Position numbers and translations under genes: made by a program. Shown piece by piece: positions 55,883-64,000 of a DNA stretch of 64,000 bases; position 1 is the first letter of the stretch, and every line of letters starts with the position of its first letter. This stretch comes from a virus, in IMG/VR virus record IMGVR_UViG_3300033997_000077, positions 32,001 through 96,000 of that record; one strand, written 5' to 3'. Under the pieces are notes generated by a model. It saw only the letters and a program-made list of their open reading frames with translations. It did no database searches and was not told where the DNA came from.

Positions 55883-55901
55883 GTGGGGGACTAGCCCCCA
55901 C
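55883..55901 (-). terminator. Intergenic hairpin
   Basis: Minus strand GTGGGGG-CTAGT-CCCCCAC-CTTCT. Confidence 0.55.
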
Positions 55902-55908
55902 ACTTTGA

Positions 55909-56139
55909 TTAGCGCAGTACCGCAGTACCAGCGGTCGGGATCCCAGCGAAGGTGATCTTCACTTCGTTGGCCGACACGATCTTCACTTCTTCGGGCAGCG
56001 CTTTGCGCGGAGTGTCCCATCCGGTAAGCTGGATGTAGACGTCAACCGCAGGCTCGCGGCCAAAGCCGTGATAGATGTTCCACTCGGCGGCGGGCACGGT
56101 TTGCTTGTGAACTTTCTCACGCGGAATTGAAAAGGACAT
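55909..56139 (-). CDS. Small fibre-associated protein (single W.I.HGLG..P.V module)
   Basis: WNIYHGFGREPAVDV...N.V.I.F....GTA. Confidence 0.65.
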   Translation of the reverse strand: MSFSIPREKVHKQTVPAAEWNIYHGFGREPAVDVYIQLTGWDTPRKALPEEVKIVSANEVKITFAGIPTAGTAVLR

Positions 56140-56148
56140 AGCGCCTCC

Positions 56149-56757
56149 TTAGAACAGCAGCAGAGTACCTGCTACGGAGTTGGTGCCGAAGTCCACGCTG
56201 ACAGTGTTAGCGTCAGCAGCCACAGGGGCTTGAACTTCCGCGCCGTTCACGTAGATGCGAACAGTGGGGATGCGACCCAAGTTGTGCGCCAGCTCCCACT
56301 TAGTGGATGCGGTGAACTTCTGGGATACCACGGGCGACAGAGCGGGAGTGCCGAACATGGTGCCGGACAGGACGGTAACGCTGCCCTGCATCGGAGTGTT
56401 GAGCGTGATGGACAGAGTGTTCTCGTCCACGATCACAACTTCGTCAGGCGTGAAGATGTGGCCGTTCACGTCGTAGATCTGGAACACCGGAGTGGAGTTG
56501 TTCAGACCGTGCTCGACCAGCCAAGTGGTGGAGTTGGTCGGCTGGTTGAAGCGGAACATCTGCACTTCGCTGGACTGAGGAATCCACACGGGCAGCGGCT
56601 CTTGCGGATTGGTGCCGACGTCCACGCACAGCATCAGGCGCTTCTGGATCATTTCCAGAGAGCCGATGGTGGGCTTCGCCGGATACTCGGTTTTGTTTTC
56701 GAGGGACATGCTTTGGATCTTGTTACCCAGCATGTTGACATTACCTAGAACTTTCAT
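56149..56757 (-). CDS. Fibre-associated protein with two W...H(G/N)L modules
   Basis: WLVEHGLN.. and WELAHNLG.. repeats. Confidence 0.65.
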   Translation of the reverse strand: MKVLGNVNMLGNKIQSMSLENKTEYPAKPTIGSLEMIQKRLMLCVDVGTNPQEPLPVWIPQSSEVQMFRFNQPTNSTTWLVEHGLNNSTPVFQIYDVNGHIFTPDEVVIVDENTLSITLNTPMQGSVTVLSGTMFGTPALSPVVSQKFTASTKWELAHNLGRIPTVRIYVNGAEVQAPVAADANTVSVDFGTNSVAGTLLLF

Positions 56758-56783
56758 GTGCGTTTCTCCGCAGAATGAAAACT

Positions 56784-56808
56784 AAAAAGGGGAGCATTGC
56801 GCTCCCCT
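56784..56808 (-). terminator. Intrinsic terminator
   Basis: Minus strand AGGGGAGC-GCAAT-GCTCCCCT-TTTT. Confidence 0.8.
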
Positions 56809-56825
56809 CCATGACGTGTCAGCTA

Positions 56826-58520
56826 TCAGTTCTTGTTGCCGCGAACTACGACACGGATACCGGAAGCAGGCAGAACGCTTACGCTTACGGTGTTGGCATC
56901 TACACGAACGATGGAATCAACCATTACGGTTGCGCCGTCTGCGTCCATGACTTCAACTTGCGGGAATGCGTTGTTGAGACCGTGGACGATGGTGTGAGTA
57001 GCCTGCACGTTTGCCAGACCGTTGTAAACGTGCTCGCTGTTGGTCAGACGAGTGTTCACAGCTTCGGCAGCAGCGGTAGCTTCAGCCTTGGCAGCGTTCA
57101 GTTCCAGCAGACGCACGACGTCGGTGTCAGCAGCGGGAACAGCGGTAACCTTCAGATCAGCAGCGGTGTCGCCAGTTTTCTTCAGGTAGGTCTGTTCCAG
57201 CACAGCGTTGTCAACGGACACGCCGTCGGCATCGACGATGATACCACCAGCGGCTTTGGCCTTGACGGTAACGGCAGAGCCTTCACCACCAACCAGACCG
57301 TTACCGAAAGCAGCAGCAGCCAGCTCGGCAGCGCCGATACCTTTGGCGGCAACTTTCAGACCAGCAGCGGTTTTCGCCAGAGTCACGCCGTCGAGTTTGA
57401 CGGACAGCTTGGCGTCAGCAGCGGTGGATTCAGCACCGTCAGCATCCAGCAGGGCCAGACCGGATTCAGCGCGCAGGTCGATACCAACGCCATCTTCCGG
57501 CAGCTCAACGATACCAGCACCCATGCGGACGTTGATGGTGTTGCCGACTTGCTCCAGACCAGCACCAGCGTTGATGTCGCTCAGGCCACCGAAGGAACCC
57601 CACGCACCAGTCAGGTAACGCTTGTAGGTCTTGGTGCCGTTGTCCCACGCCAGAGTACCGTTGGCTTTTTCGCCTTCAGCGCTCACGTCGAACACAACAA
57701 CGAACTCGGTGCCGTCGTGCTCAACGATGTCGCCGTTACCAACACCAGCGATGGTGCCGAAGCCAGCGTGCAGAGCGGCAACGTCGGTCAGGATGTAGCG
57801 GTCGCCTTTCACAGCAACGCCCGGATCCAGAGTGGCGTCAACTTGTACGCCCTTCACGTCTTCTTGCCAGTTCAGACCGGACAGTGCGTTGTCGATGTCG
57901 ATCTGACGAGCGGCATCGGTCGGCGCATTCGGAGCACCCAGACCAGAGATCTTGTGGCCGTTGGCGTTGATGTCGCCATCGAGGTTGTCACCGCCTTTGT
58001 TCAGCGGCACGTAACCCAGCTTGTCTTGCTTGCCATCGACTTGGCCTTGGATCGGGCCAGTGACGCCGGACAGGTGTGCGATTTCAGCAGCGGTAGCGCC
58101 GCCTTCGATCACTTTACCTTGAGCGTCGGACACCACAGCTTTGTTCGCGCCCAGATCAGCGGAGACGATGGTGGAAGCCGCACCAGTCACAACGTTCTGT
58201 TTGGTAGCCAGCAGGGTTACAGCGTAACCTTTGGAGATGGCAGCCTTGTCGTCGGAACCAGACTGGTCAGTGCTGGACAGGATCAGGTCGGCGGTCATGG
58301 CGATGGTGCCATCCGCGCGGATGTAATCGCTCAGGTCGCCACCGACAGCCAGAGTGATGATTGCGGTGCCGTTGTAGAACTTCAGAGACTTGGAGGTAGA
58401 GTTCCACCAGCCGCGACCTTCAAACAGCTCGACACCGGACGGGTCGACGGCCAGAATCTCGGGGATGAAATTCTTGATTTGGCCTTGGCCCAGCAGTTTC
58501 AGATTACCAGCTACGTTCAT
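56826..58520 (-). CDS. Abundant tail/sheath fibre protein
   Basis: 564 aa Ala/Gly/Asp-rich, with DA.(K/R)..(V/I)D coil motifs, AG.GL repeats and a C-terminal HGLN module. Highly expressed codon bias and own terminator. Confidence 0.7.
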   Translation of the reverse strand: MNVAGNLKLLGQGQIKNFIPEILAVDPSGVELFEGRGWWNSTSKSLKFYNGTAIITLAVGGDLSDYIRADGTIAMTADLILSSTDQSGSDDKAAISKGYAVTLLATKQNVVTGAASTIVSADLGANKAVVSDAQGKVIEGGATAAEIAHLSGVTGPIQGQVDGKQDKLGYVPLNKGGDNLDGDINANGHKISGLGAPNAPTDAARQIDIDNALSGLNWQEDVKGVQVDATLDPGVAVKGDRYILTDVAALHAGFGTIAGVGNGDIVEHDGTEFVVVFDVSAEGEKANGTLAWDNGTKTYKRYLTGAWGSFGGLSDINAGAGLEQVGNTINVRMGAGIVELPEDGVGIDLRAESGLALLDADGAESTAADAKLSVKLDGVTLAKTAAGLKVAAKGIGAAELAAAAFGNGLVGGEGSAVTVKAKAAGGIIVDADGVSVDNAVLEQTYLKKTGDTAADLKVTAVPAADTDVVRLLELNAAKAEATAAAEAVNTRLTNSEHVYNGLANVQATHTIVHGLNNAFPQVEVMDADGATVMVDSIVRVDANTVSVSVLPASGIRVVVRGNKN

Positions 58521-58532
58521 GTTGTCTCTCCG

Positions 58533-59273
58533 TTAAGACAGTTTCAGTGAGTAGGTGGATACAGAATCAAGGAGTGCTCTGTATGCCACCAGACTACGCT
58601 CGTCATCACGCACCTTTGCGTCATCGAACTCGCATAGAACTTTGATCTCAGCTTCACCCTTCAACAGATTGTGTGCGCGATACACATTCAATCTGGCGCG
58701 GGCCAAGCTGTAAGATTTACGAGCCTGAATCCGAATATCAATGTCACTCAGATAGAGGATCGGTGCAGCGCCATTCAACAGGCACACCAGTTCGTGCAAG
58801 ACGAACATGATGTGATTGAGGTACGACGTGCAAAAGCTGACTGCCATGCAGAACGCGGATTCGATGTCACCTTCGAGAAGGTCACGCGCGGCATCCAGCA
58901 ACGGCGTAGCAGATTCAGCGACCACCGCAGACCACGGCCCAGCGAATACTGGGTCGAAGTCTTGAGGGTTATCTTTTATGATTTGGTGGAGGCTCGAACT
59001 AAATTCCCGAGCCGACACCTTACACTTCGCCACCGCGACCTCAGAAACCACCCCATCGCTACACGCGATGAAAGCAACTTCGATGTCGCGGAGAAGAAGC
59101 TCCATTGCCGAGAAATACTGAAGCAGAATCTCTCTGGCTGTTGGGGAGAAGATGTTGGATTTGGGCCCATCAAGAATCTCCCCGAGCATATAGGACTTAG
59201 CGCTGTAGAATCCAGCATACTGCGCTGCACTGCTTCGGCGAAAGCCTATGTTGTTTCGGAGATATTTACTCAC
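58533..59273 (-). CDS. Hypothetical helical protein
   Basis: 246 aa, atypical codon usage. Confidence 0.55.
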   Translation of the reverse strand: MSKYLRNNIGFRRSSAAQYAGFYSAKSYMLGEILDGPKSNIFSPTAREILLQYFSAMELLLRDIEVAFIACSDGVVSEVAVAKCKVSAREFSSSLHQIIKDNPQDFDPVFAGPWSAVVAESATPLLDAARDLLEGDIESAFCMAVSFCTSYLNHIMFVLHELVCLLNGAAPILYLSDIDIRIQARKSYSLARARLNVYRAHNLLKGEAEIKVLCEFDDAKVRDDERSLVAYRALLDSVSTYSLKLS

Positions 59274-59743
59274 TATCTGAGTCCTCGAACGTTAAGGCCG
59301 TCAGGTGAACGTTGCACTTGGCGTTGTCCACCCATTGCGTTAACGGTGTTGGTTAAGCTGACGAAGCGGGTGGCTAGGTTGTGCATCTGCTGGCGAATCT
59401 CGTCCAGCAAGGTATACAACTCAGCCTGTGCCGTTCCTTCAGCACGCGAGGTAACGGTAGCGTGAGTTTGCATCTCTGCAAGCACTCGATTCAGCTCCGT
59501 CATTTGCTGCGTGACCGAGGCTAGTTCCTCGGACATGCGCTCAACCAGATTTTCCACGCGCTCAGGTGAGTGGTTCGTTGCTTCCTTCAGCTGCTCTCGC
59601 AGTTGGTTCCGTTCCAAGATCGCTGGCAGCGCAACATACCACGTAAACGCGATAAGGGCGCAGGCGATCAAGACCGAGATTACGGTAGCGAAGTTTCCGT
59701 TAAGCAGGGTTTGAATGAATTCCATCATCTTCGTTCCTTGCAT
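59273..59743 (-). CDS. Membrane-anchored coiled-coil protein
   Basis: One N-terminal TM, then heptad repeats. Confidence 0.6.
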   Translation of the reverse strand: MQGTKMMEFIQTLLNGNFATVISVLIACALIAFTWYVALPAILERNQLREQLKEATNHSPERVENLVERMSEELASVTQQMTELNRVLAEMQTHATVTSRAEGTAQAELYTLLDEIRQQMHNLATRFVSLTNTVNAMGGQRQVQRSPDGLNVRGLR

Positions 59744-60015
59744 TCTTTCCCAGTCGCTTCAATCACCAACCGGACGCTATCGCCGCGAACGTCCGGAACG
59801 GGAATGAGCTTGCTGACTGTAGGTGGGAAGTCGAGGCATTCCTTGCCCCTAACCGAATCGTAGAAACAAATGGCTGACGCGCAAAACACCTGCTCGTCAA
59901 CCTGAGATGGCGAGGGCTCACGACTACGGGAACCCGTCCACACGACAGACACTAGCAGGACTGCTGCGGCAACAATCAATGCGCGTCTGACGATGGCCAC
60001 GATTTTATCGTCCAT
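59725..60015 (-). CDS. Small signal-anchored protein with 4 Cys
   Basis: RR followed by a hydrophobic helix, then a Cys-containing domain. Confidence 0.55.
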   Translation of the reverse strand: MDDKIVAIVRRALIVAAAVLLVSVVWTGSRSREPSPSQVDEQVFCASAICFYDSVRGKECLDFPPTVSKLIPVPDVRGDSVRLVIEATGKECKERR

Positions 60016-60029
60016 TGTGTGCCTTCAAA

Positions 60030-60929
60030 TTATTGAGTGATAGAATCTATATCTTTGAACCCTACAACATAGACCTCTTTGAGACCAAGGGCGCGCAGAC
60101 GTTTCGGATCCACACACAGAACAACGTTACCTGCTGTGATAGTGCTCGACTCGAAGTTGATCTGTGCGGCACTATGTCGCACGCTTACAGCGCCGGGAGC
60201 GCTGTCAATCACACTCAAGTCAAGCAGGCCCGTGCGGCGAATCATGTTCGCAACCTTGGGGCCGAGCACTGCGTAGTCGAACTCAATGTCCTCTACGTGA
60301 GTCAAAGCATTTATGATCGCAACGTTGTCGTTGCGTGGAATACTGGCGAGCGCTGACTTCAGTTCGCCGAGCGTGGAGACCGCAATGGGCTCCAGTGACT
60401 TGAACCCTGAATCGCGAGCGACGTCATCATACAGCGGCCCATACTCCGGACGATAAAGGAGATAGAACTTGCGGTCGCTGATCCCCGTAGTGACGAGGAA
60501 TTTATGCAGACGCTCGAACGACGAACGCGCGATGTCCAAGATACCCAACGGCTTCACGGTGCGAAGTTTGGGCCCCAGAGCTTCACGCAATGTCGGGAAG
60601 TTGTCCAAGTCGATTTCGGCAGACACTACCAATTCTGGTTGCCACCTTTTTACCGCTTCCAGAATACGCGCTTCGTATTGGTCACTGATCCACGTGTTAC
60701 CGTTCGCCGCGCTCGGCAGGTACAAGGTAATCACGTGAGTGTAGCCGTTGCCAAGCAACTGCGCACCATACTGCGTTCCGCTGTAGGGCGAAAGCGACTC
60801 GCTGCGAATCACGAGTATGGTGCGTGGGCCCGCTACGGCTTCATTCCAATTGCCAACGCATAGCCAGATAGCGCAAGCGAGAAATACACTACGTGCGTAT
60901 CTCCCTCTCTTTGCACTCGGTCGGGCCAT
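60030..60929 (-). CDS. Secreted periplasmic-binding-protein-like (ABC_sub_bind-like) protein
   Basis: Signal peptide ending AVA, ILVIRS, P.LVV, and a C-terminal L.VD.KRL..LGL. Confidence 0.5.
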   Translation of the reverse strand: MARPSAKRGRYARSVFLACAIWLCVGNWNEAVAGPRTILVIRSESLSPYSGTQYGAQLLGNGYTHVITLYLPSAANGNTWISDQYEARILEAVKRWQPELVVSAEIDLDNFPTLREALGPKLRTVKPLGILDIARSSFERLHKFLVTTGISDRKFYLLYRPEYGPLYDDVARDSGFKSLEPIAVSTLGELKSALASIPRNDNVAIINALTHVEDIEFDYAVLGPKVANMIRRTGLLDLSVIDSAPGAVSVRHSAAQINFESSTITAGNVVLCVDPKRLRALGLKEVYVVGFKDIDSITQ

Positions 60930-61612
60930 ATGTTATCCCCATTACTGTCAGTCACGAAAATGGTCACGATCACATCGGGGCCAAATCCGTGGTCGACTAC
61001 CCAGACGCCCGATTCCATCTCTTGCGAGTGCAGATGCTGGTTGTTGGCGGCACTGCCTTCCAACACTTGAACCCGCGCAACCGTCTCGTCTGTCTTCAAC
61101 ATCAGAGCGCGGATACGCTGGTCATCATACAGCACTCGGTTGTTCATGTTCTGGTACATGGACATCAGAGAGTTGCGAACGCCGTTTACGAACTTCCGCA
61201 CCCAGCTAACCGGAGGCACTTCAGTTTCTTCGTAGACGTCTTTCGCCACAGGATACAATGGGCCAGTTAGCTGCCCACCTTCCACTAAATTAGCGGAGCG
61301 AACAACTTGGTCTTCGGGTGCCCAAATATTTTCTGTGCTGAAGATTGCATCGTAGTTGGTTTCCGGCGTCCACGTGTGGATCGTGCCGGATCCCGCAGCT
61401 TTCGATACTCGACGCCATAGCGTAGGCGTACCGTTGACTAGATGCACCCACAGGATATTCAGCGGCAGTACCAATTCCGTGGGTTCCACGTTGGAAACCA
61501 CGACGTACTTATCTGTCCCTGCACGAACCTGATAGATAAGTGGGCCGTTTTGCAGCCCACTCTCTAGCGCTAGGTTATACATGGAAGTGGCAAATCCCTG
61601 AACACTTGGCAT
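60833..61612 (-). CDS. Tail-fibre-associated protein with C-terminal W...HG.G module
   Basis: GG.LTGPL, coiled coil, WVVDHGFG. Confidence 0.6.
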   Translation of the reverse strand: MPSVQGFATSMYNLALESGLQNGPLIYQVRAGTDKYVVVSNVEPTELVLPLNILWVHLVNGTPTLWRRVSKAAGSGTIHTWTPETNYDAIFSTENIWAPEDQVVRSANLVEGGQLTGPLYPVAKDVYEETEVPPVSWVRKFVNGVRNSLMSMYQNMNNRVLYDDQRIRALMLKTDETVARVQVLEGSAANNQHLHSQEMESGVWVVDHGFGPDVIVTIFVTDSNGDNIWPDRVQREGDTHVVYFSLALSGYALAIGMKP

Positions 61613-61613
61613 T

Positions 61614-62438
61614 TTAGTCTCCCATTGCGGTGTAGAAGAAGTCCCAATCCGCCGCGTTAGTACCGGAGCACTTGATCACGAAACCGCCCAGCATGCTGTT
61701 TTCAAACGTGCCGTCTTTGCGTGCGTGGTTATACAGTTTGTACGTCCGCGCTTGGTTCGTGGTCGCGTCCATGAACGTAATGCTCAAGGACAGTACGTGG
61801 TTCTGAAACGGCTTCTGGAACGTCACGTTTATAGTGTCGCGCAATGCCCGCGCAATCACACGCCCGCTGTTGATGATGCGACCAGTCATCACATCATTGT
61901 CGTAGCCGGAGTATGCTTGCTCGTAAGGGATCTCGGTGTCGGGATCCACATATTGCACGACGGTATAATCTGCTTTCACCGCGTCCTTGCCGGGAGGGCC
62001 GTCGGGGCCAGTGGGGCCAGTATCACCAGTGGGGCCAGTGTTACCAGTCGAGCCGCGCGGGCCAGTTCCACCTGTCGGGCCCATGCGTCCACGGTCGCCT
62101 TTACGTCCAGCGCAACCTTGGCCGCCGTCACGTCCAGCGCGACCGTCTTTGCCCGGCGTACCCGGCGCTCCCGGAAGTCCCGGCGCGCCGCGCATTGCTT
62201 GTTGTAAGTCGCTCGCTCGGATGAAGCCCGAAACAGATTGCTGCCTGCCGTCAGGATACGAGACGGTCAACGTACCCGTCTCGGGATCGTAGTTGTACGT
62301 CACGTTCCCGTCGAACAGCGGATCGCTCGCGCCGGGTGGTACGAAGTCCGCAGTGCCACCGCCAGCGACTTCAAGGCGTGAGCCTTCTTCCGCTGCGGAA
62401 GCGTCGATCATAGCTGTGTTAATTCTCTGCATTACCAT
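61614..62438 (-). CDS. Collagen-like fibre protein
   Basis: Long (G-X-Y)n tract and a lectin-like C-terminus (V.F..PF). Confidence 0.8.
   Translation of the reverse strand: MVMQRINTAMIDASAAEEGSRLEVAGGGTADFVPPGASDPLFDGNVTYNYDPETGTLTVSYPDGRQQSVSGFIRASDLQQAMRGAPGLPGAPGTPGKDGRAGRDGGQGCAGRKGDRGRMGPTGGTGPRGSTGNTGPTGDTGPTGPDGPPGKDAVKADYTVVQYVDPDTEIPYEQAYSGYDNDVMTGRIINSGRVIARALRDTINVTFQKPFQNHVLSLSITFMDATTNQARTYKLYNHARKDGTFENSMLGGFVIKCSGTNAADWDFFYTAMGD
61983..62190 (-). repeat. Collagen Gly-X-Y coding repeat
   Basis: GAPGLPGAPGTPGKDG...GPTGDTGPTGPDGPPGKD, about 23 triplets. Confidence 0.85.
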
Positions 62439-62449
62439 CGTTCAATTCC

Positions 62450-62674
62450 TTAGACCGGAGTCGTCCACTTCGGATACACCGGATCATTTGGTGCGTGCAC
62501 AGCTGGGTTATGCTCGGGATTCCTAATGCGTGTGTTGTTCACGGTCATAAGAACCCAGCGAAAGGATCCCAGATTGGGATCCAAATATCGCACACGATAA
62601 CCACGTTCACGTAAATTATCGTGCCAGTTGCCAGTTGCGGGGTCGCGAATTGCTAAAACTCCATACGCTGCCAT
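62450..62674 (-). CDS. Small hypothetical structural protein
   Basis: AAGGAG RBS, 74 aa. Confidence 0.55.
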   Translation of the reverse strand: MAAYGVLAIRDPATGNWHDNLRERGYRVRYLDPNLGSFRWVLMTVNNTRIRNPEHNPAVHAPNDPVYPKWTTPV

Positions 62675-64000
62675 TATGCTCTCCTTACCGCAATACCAAC
62701 GTAGCCGGGGTTGTTGTCGTAGCTGTTACCGCCGTCACTATCGTTACGGCAACGTGCCACCACAGTGTACGAACCAGCAGGCAGGACAGCAGGCGTTGCC
62801 GCACCGCCATCCATGAAGCCCCAACGGTCTACGGAGAAGTAAACACGTCCGGTTTCGTTGTGCGTGATCGTCGCGTAGATGTGGTCATCCCACAGGTAGT
62901 AGATAACCACTGAGGTCTCGACGCCGAGCGAGAACTGGTACGTGGCTTCCCAACCGGACTGGTTACCTTGATACACGTCGCCGCGATTCGGGTCAGTTGT
63001 GATCCACACACTACAGTCTGCCCATTGATGGCCCCACCAATGCGGAACCGCCATGAGGAACAAGTTGACATCAGGTTGCTGCCACACGTCATGGCAGTAG
63101 CCAGACCAGCTGACAATCTTGTTGAACTGTCGGGTGTTGAACACGTCGCCGTCATCGTTGATGATAGTGCCAACGCCGCGCCCTTTGATGATGTCGCCAC
63201 GGCTCGGGTTAAACAGATCGACGTAGAAGAACTCGTCGTCTTCAACCAGAGTTTCACCGATCACGTTGATAGAGATCTGCTTCTGCGTCTCGTTCGACGA
63301 GAAGATCAGCTCACCACTGAACGGAGGGTCGATGTCAGGCGGCGACATTACTGCTGGGTCTACGATAAACGCCGAAATAGAGCCGGGCGCTTGGAATACC
63401 GGAATCGTAATGCCGTCAAGCAGCGCCTTGTTGCCGAGCGCAGCACGACACTGATCCAGATACACCATGCTCGATTCAGTCGGGTCGTTGTAGATGCGGA
63501 CGCCGAAGCGGTTCATGATCCGCGTGAACGACTTCGTGAACACGTCGTGGTCAGTGATTGCAAACAGACCTGTGCCTTTGCGCACTGCTGCTTCCAAGTT
63601 CTTCGAGAACGATTCTGGGATGGCGGTCGCGATTGAGGTGGTCGAGCTGATAAACACCACGGAGTCGTATGCAAGGAAGTTGTCGACTGTCGGACGTCCG
63701 CTGTAGAAGTTCTGCCACACCATTGAGTCAACAGCGTAACCAGCTTCCCCAATGGTAGATGGAACTGCGATACCGAAGTCCACGTCTTTACTACCCAGTG
63801 TTGCGTAGTTCACATTGACATCCACTTGGTCGCCAAGGAACAGCACGCGACGTTTCGGTCGACCGCGTTGCATCCAATCCAGCACGTTCTTGAAGTAGCG
63901 GCGCTGCCACGAACCAGCAGGCATCGTCCCGTTGTAGAACTTGGGGAACGCGCCGTCTGCAACAATGCGCACCAAATCATACTCGATGTAGACAGAGTGC
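62674..64000 (-). CDS. Tail fibre/adhesin with Calx-beta domain, 5'-partial
   Basis: Frame stays open to the window edge. GELIF..NET.K.I.I.VIG...VE.DE.F.V.L.NP......G.GTI.NDD is a Calx-beta signature. Confidence 0.75.
   Translation of the reverse strand, partial: HSVYIEYDLVRIVADGAFPKFYNGTMPAGSWQRRYFKNVLDWMQRGRPKRRVLFLGDQVDVNVNYATLGSKDVDFGIAVPSTIGEAGYAVDSMVWQNFYSGRPTVDNFLAYDSVVFISSTTSIATAIPESFSKNLEAAVRKGTGLFAITDHDVFTKSFTRIMNRFGVRIYNDPTESSMVYLDQCRAALGNKALLDGITIPVFQAPGSISAFIVDPAVMSPPDIDPPFSGELIFSSNETQKQISINVIGETLVEDDEFFYVDLFNPSRGDIIKGRGVGTIINDDGDVFNTRQFNKIVSWSGYCHDVWQQPDVNLFLMAVPHWWGHQWADCSVWITTDPNRGDVYQGNQSGWEATYQFSLGVETSVVIYYLWDDHIYATITHNETGRVYFSVDRWGFMDGGAATPAVLPAGSYTVVARCRNDSDGGNSYDNNPGYVGIAVRRA

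Noticed and set aside
1-64000. tRNA/rRNA genes, integrase, transposase, introns/inteins, genetic-code reassignment
   Set aside because: Intergenic gaps are too short and show no cloverleaf. No such motifs are seen, and genes tile densely under the standard code with all three stop codons used.

Overview
This window is part of a large (jumbo-type) contractile-tailed dsDNA phage genome, roughly 55-58% GC and probably infecting a Gram-negative host. The gene set loosely recalls PaBG/Lu11/Y3-type phages, but that assignment is unverified. The + strand arm (1-46.9 kb) carries an NAD-dependent ligase, a GT2 glycosyltransferase and a head module (candidate prohead protease, 1379-aa HExxH protein, scaffold, decoration protein, major capsid). 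It continues with a tail/baseplate module (sheath, two tube-like genes, tape measure with SLT domain, hub, spike). A block of accessory genes follows (Acb1-like 2H phosphoesterase, MmcB-like nuclease, DNA MTase fusion), then dTTP synthesis genes (tmk, dCMP deaminase, thyA, folA) and an orphan DUF1778 antitoxin. The - strand arm (47-64 kb) carries spanins and a holin, an array of small paralogous receptor-binding-like proteins, tail fibres and a small membrane/periplasmic cassette. The most striking signal is a shared N-terminal 'M-x-I/L-x-L...S-x-S-small' leader on about 10 otherwise unrelated proteins. The same S-x-S tripeptide saturates the scaffold and occurs in the capsid N-terminus. This suggests a capsid-targeting/maturation code with an unusual S-x-S protease specificity. 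Its apparent cargo includes an anti-CBASS Acb1-like enzyme and, through an in-frame fusion, a DNA methyltransferase, i.e. possibly a virion-delivered anti-defence kit. Two candidate phage promoter motifs (TAATTT, CTGTAAACAA) and a family of pentaloop hairpins also recur. All functional calls come from visual motif recognition, not database searches.
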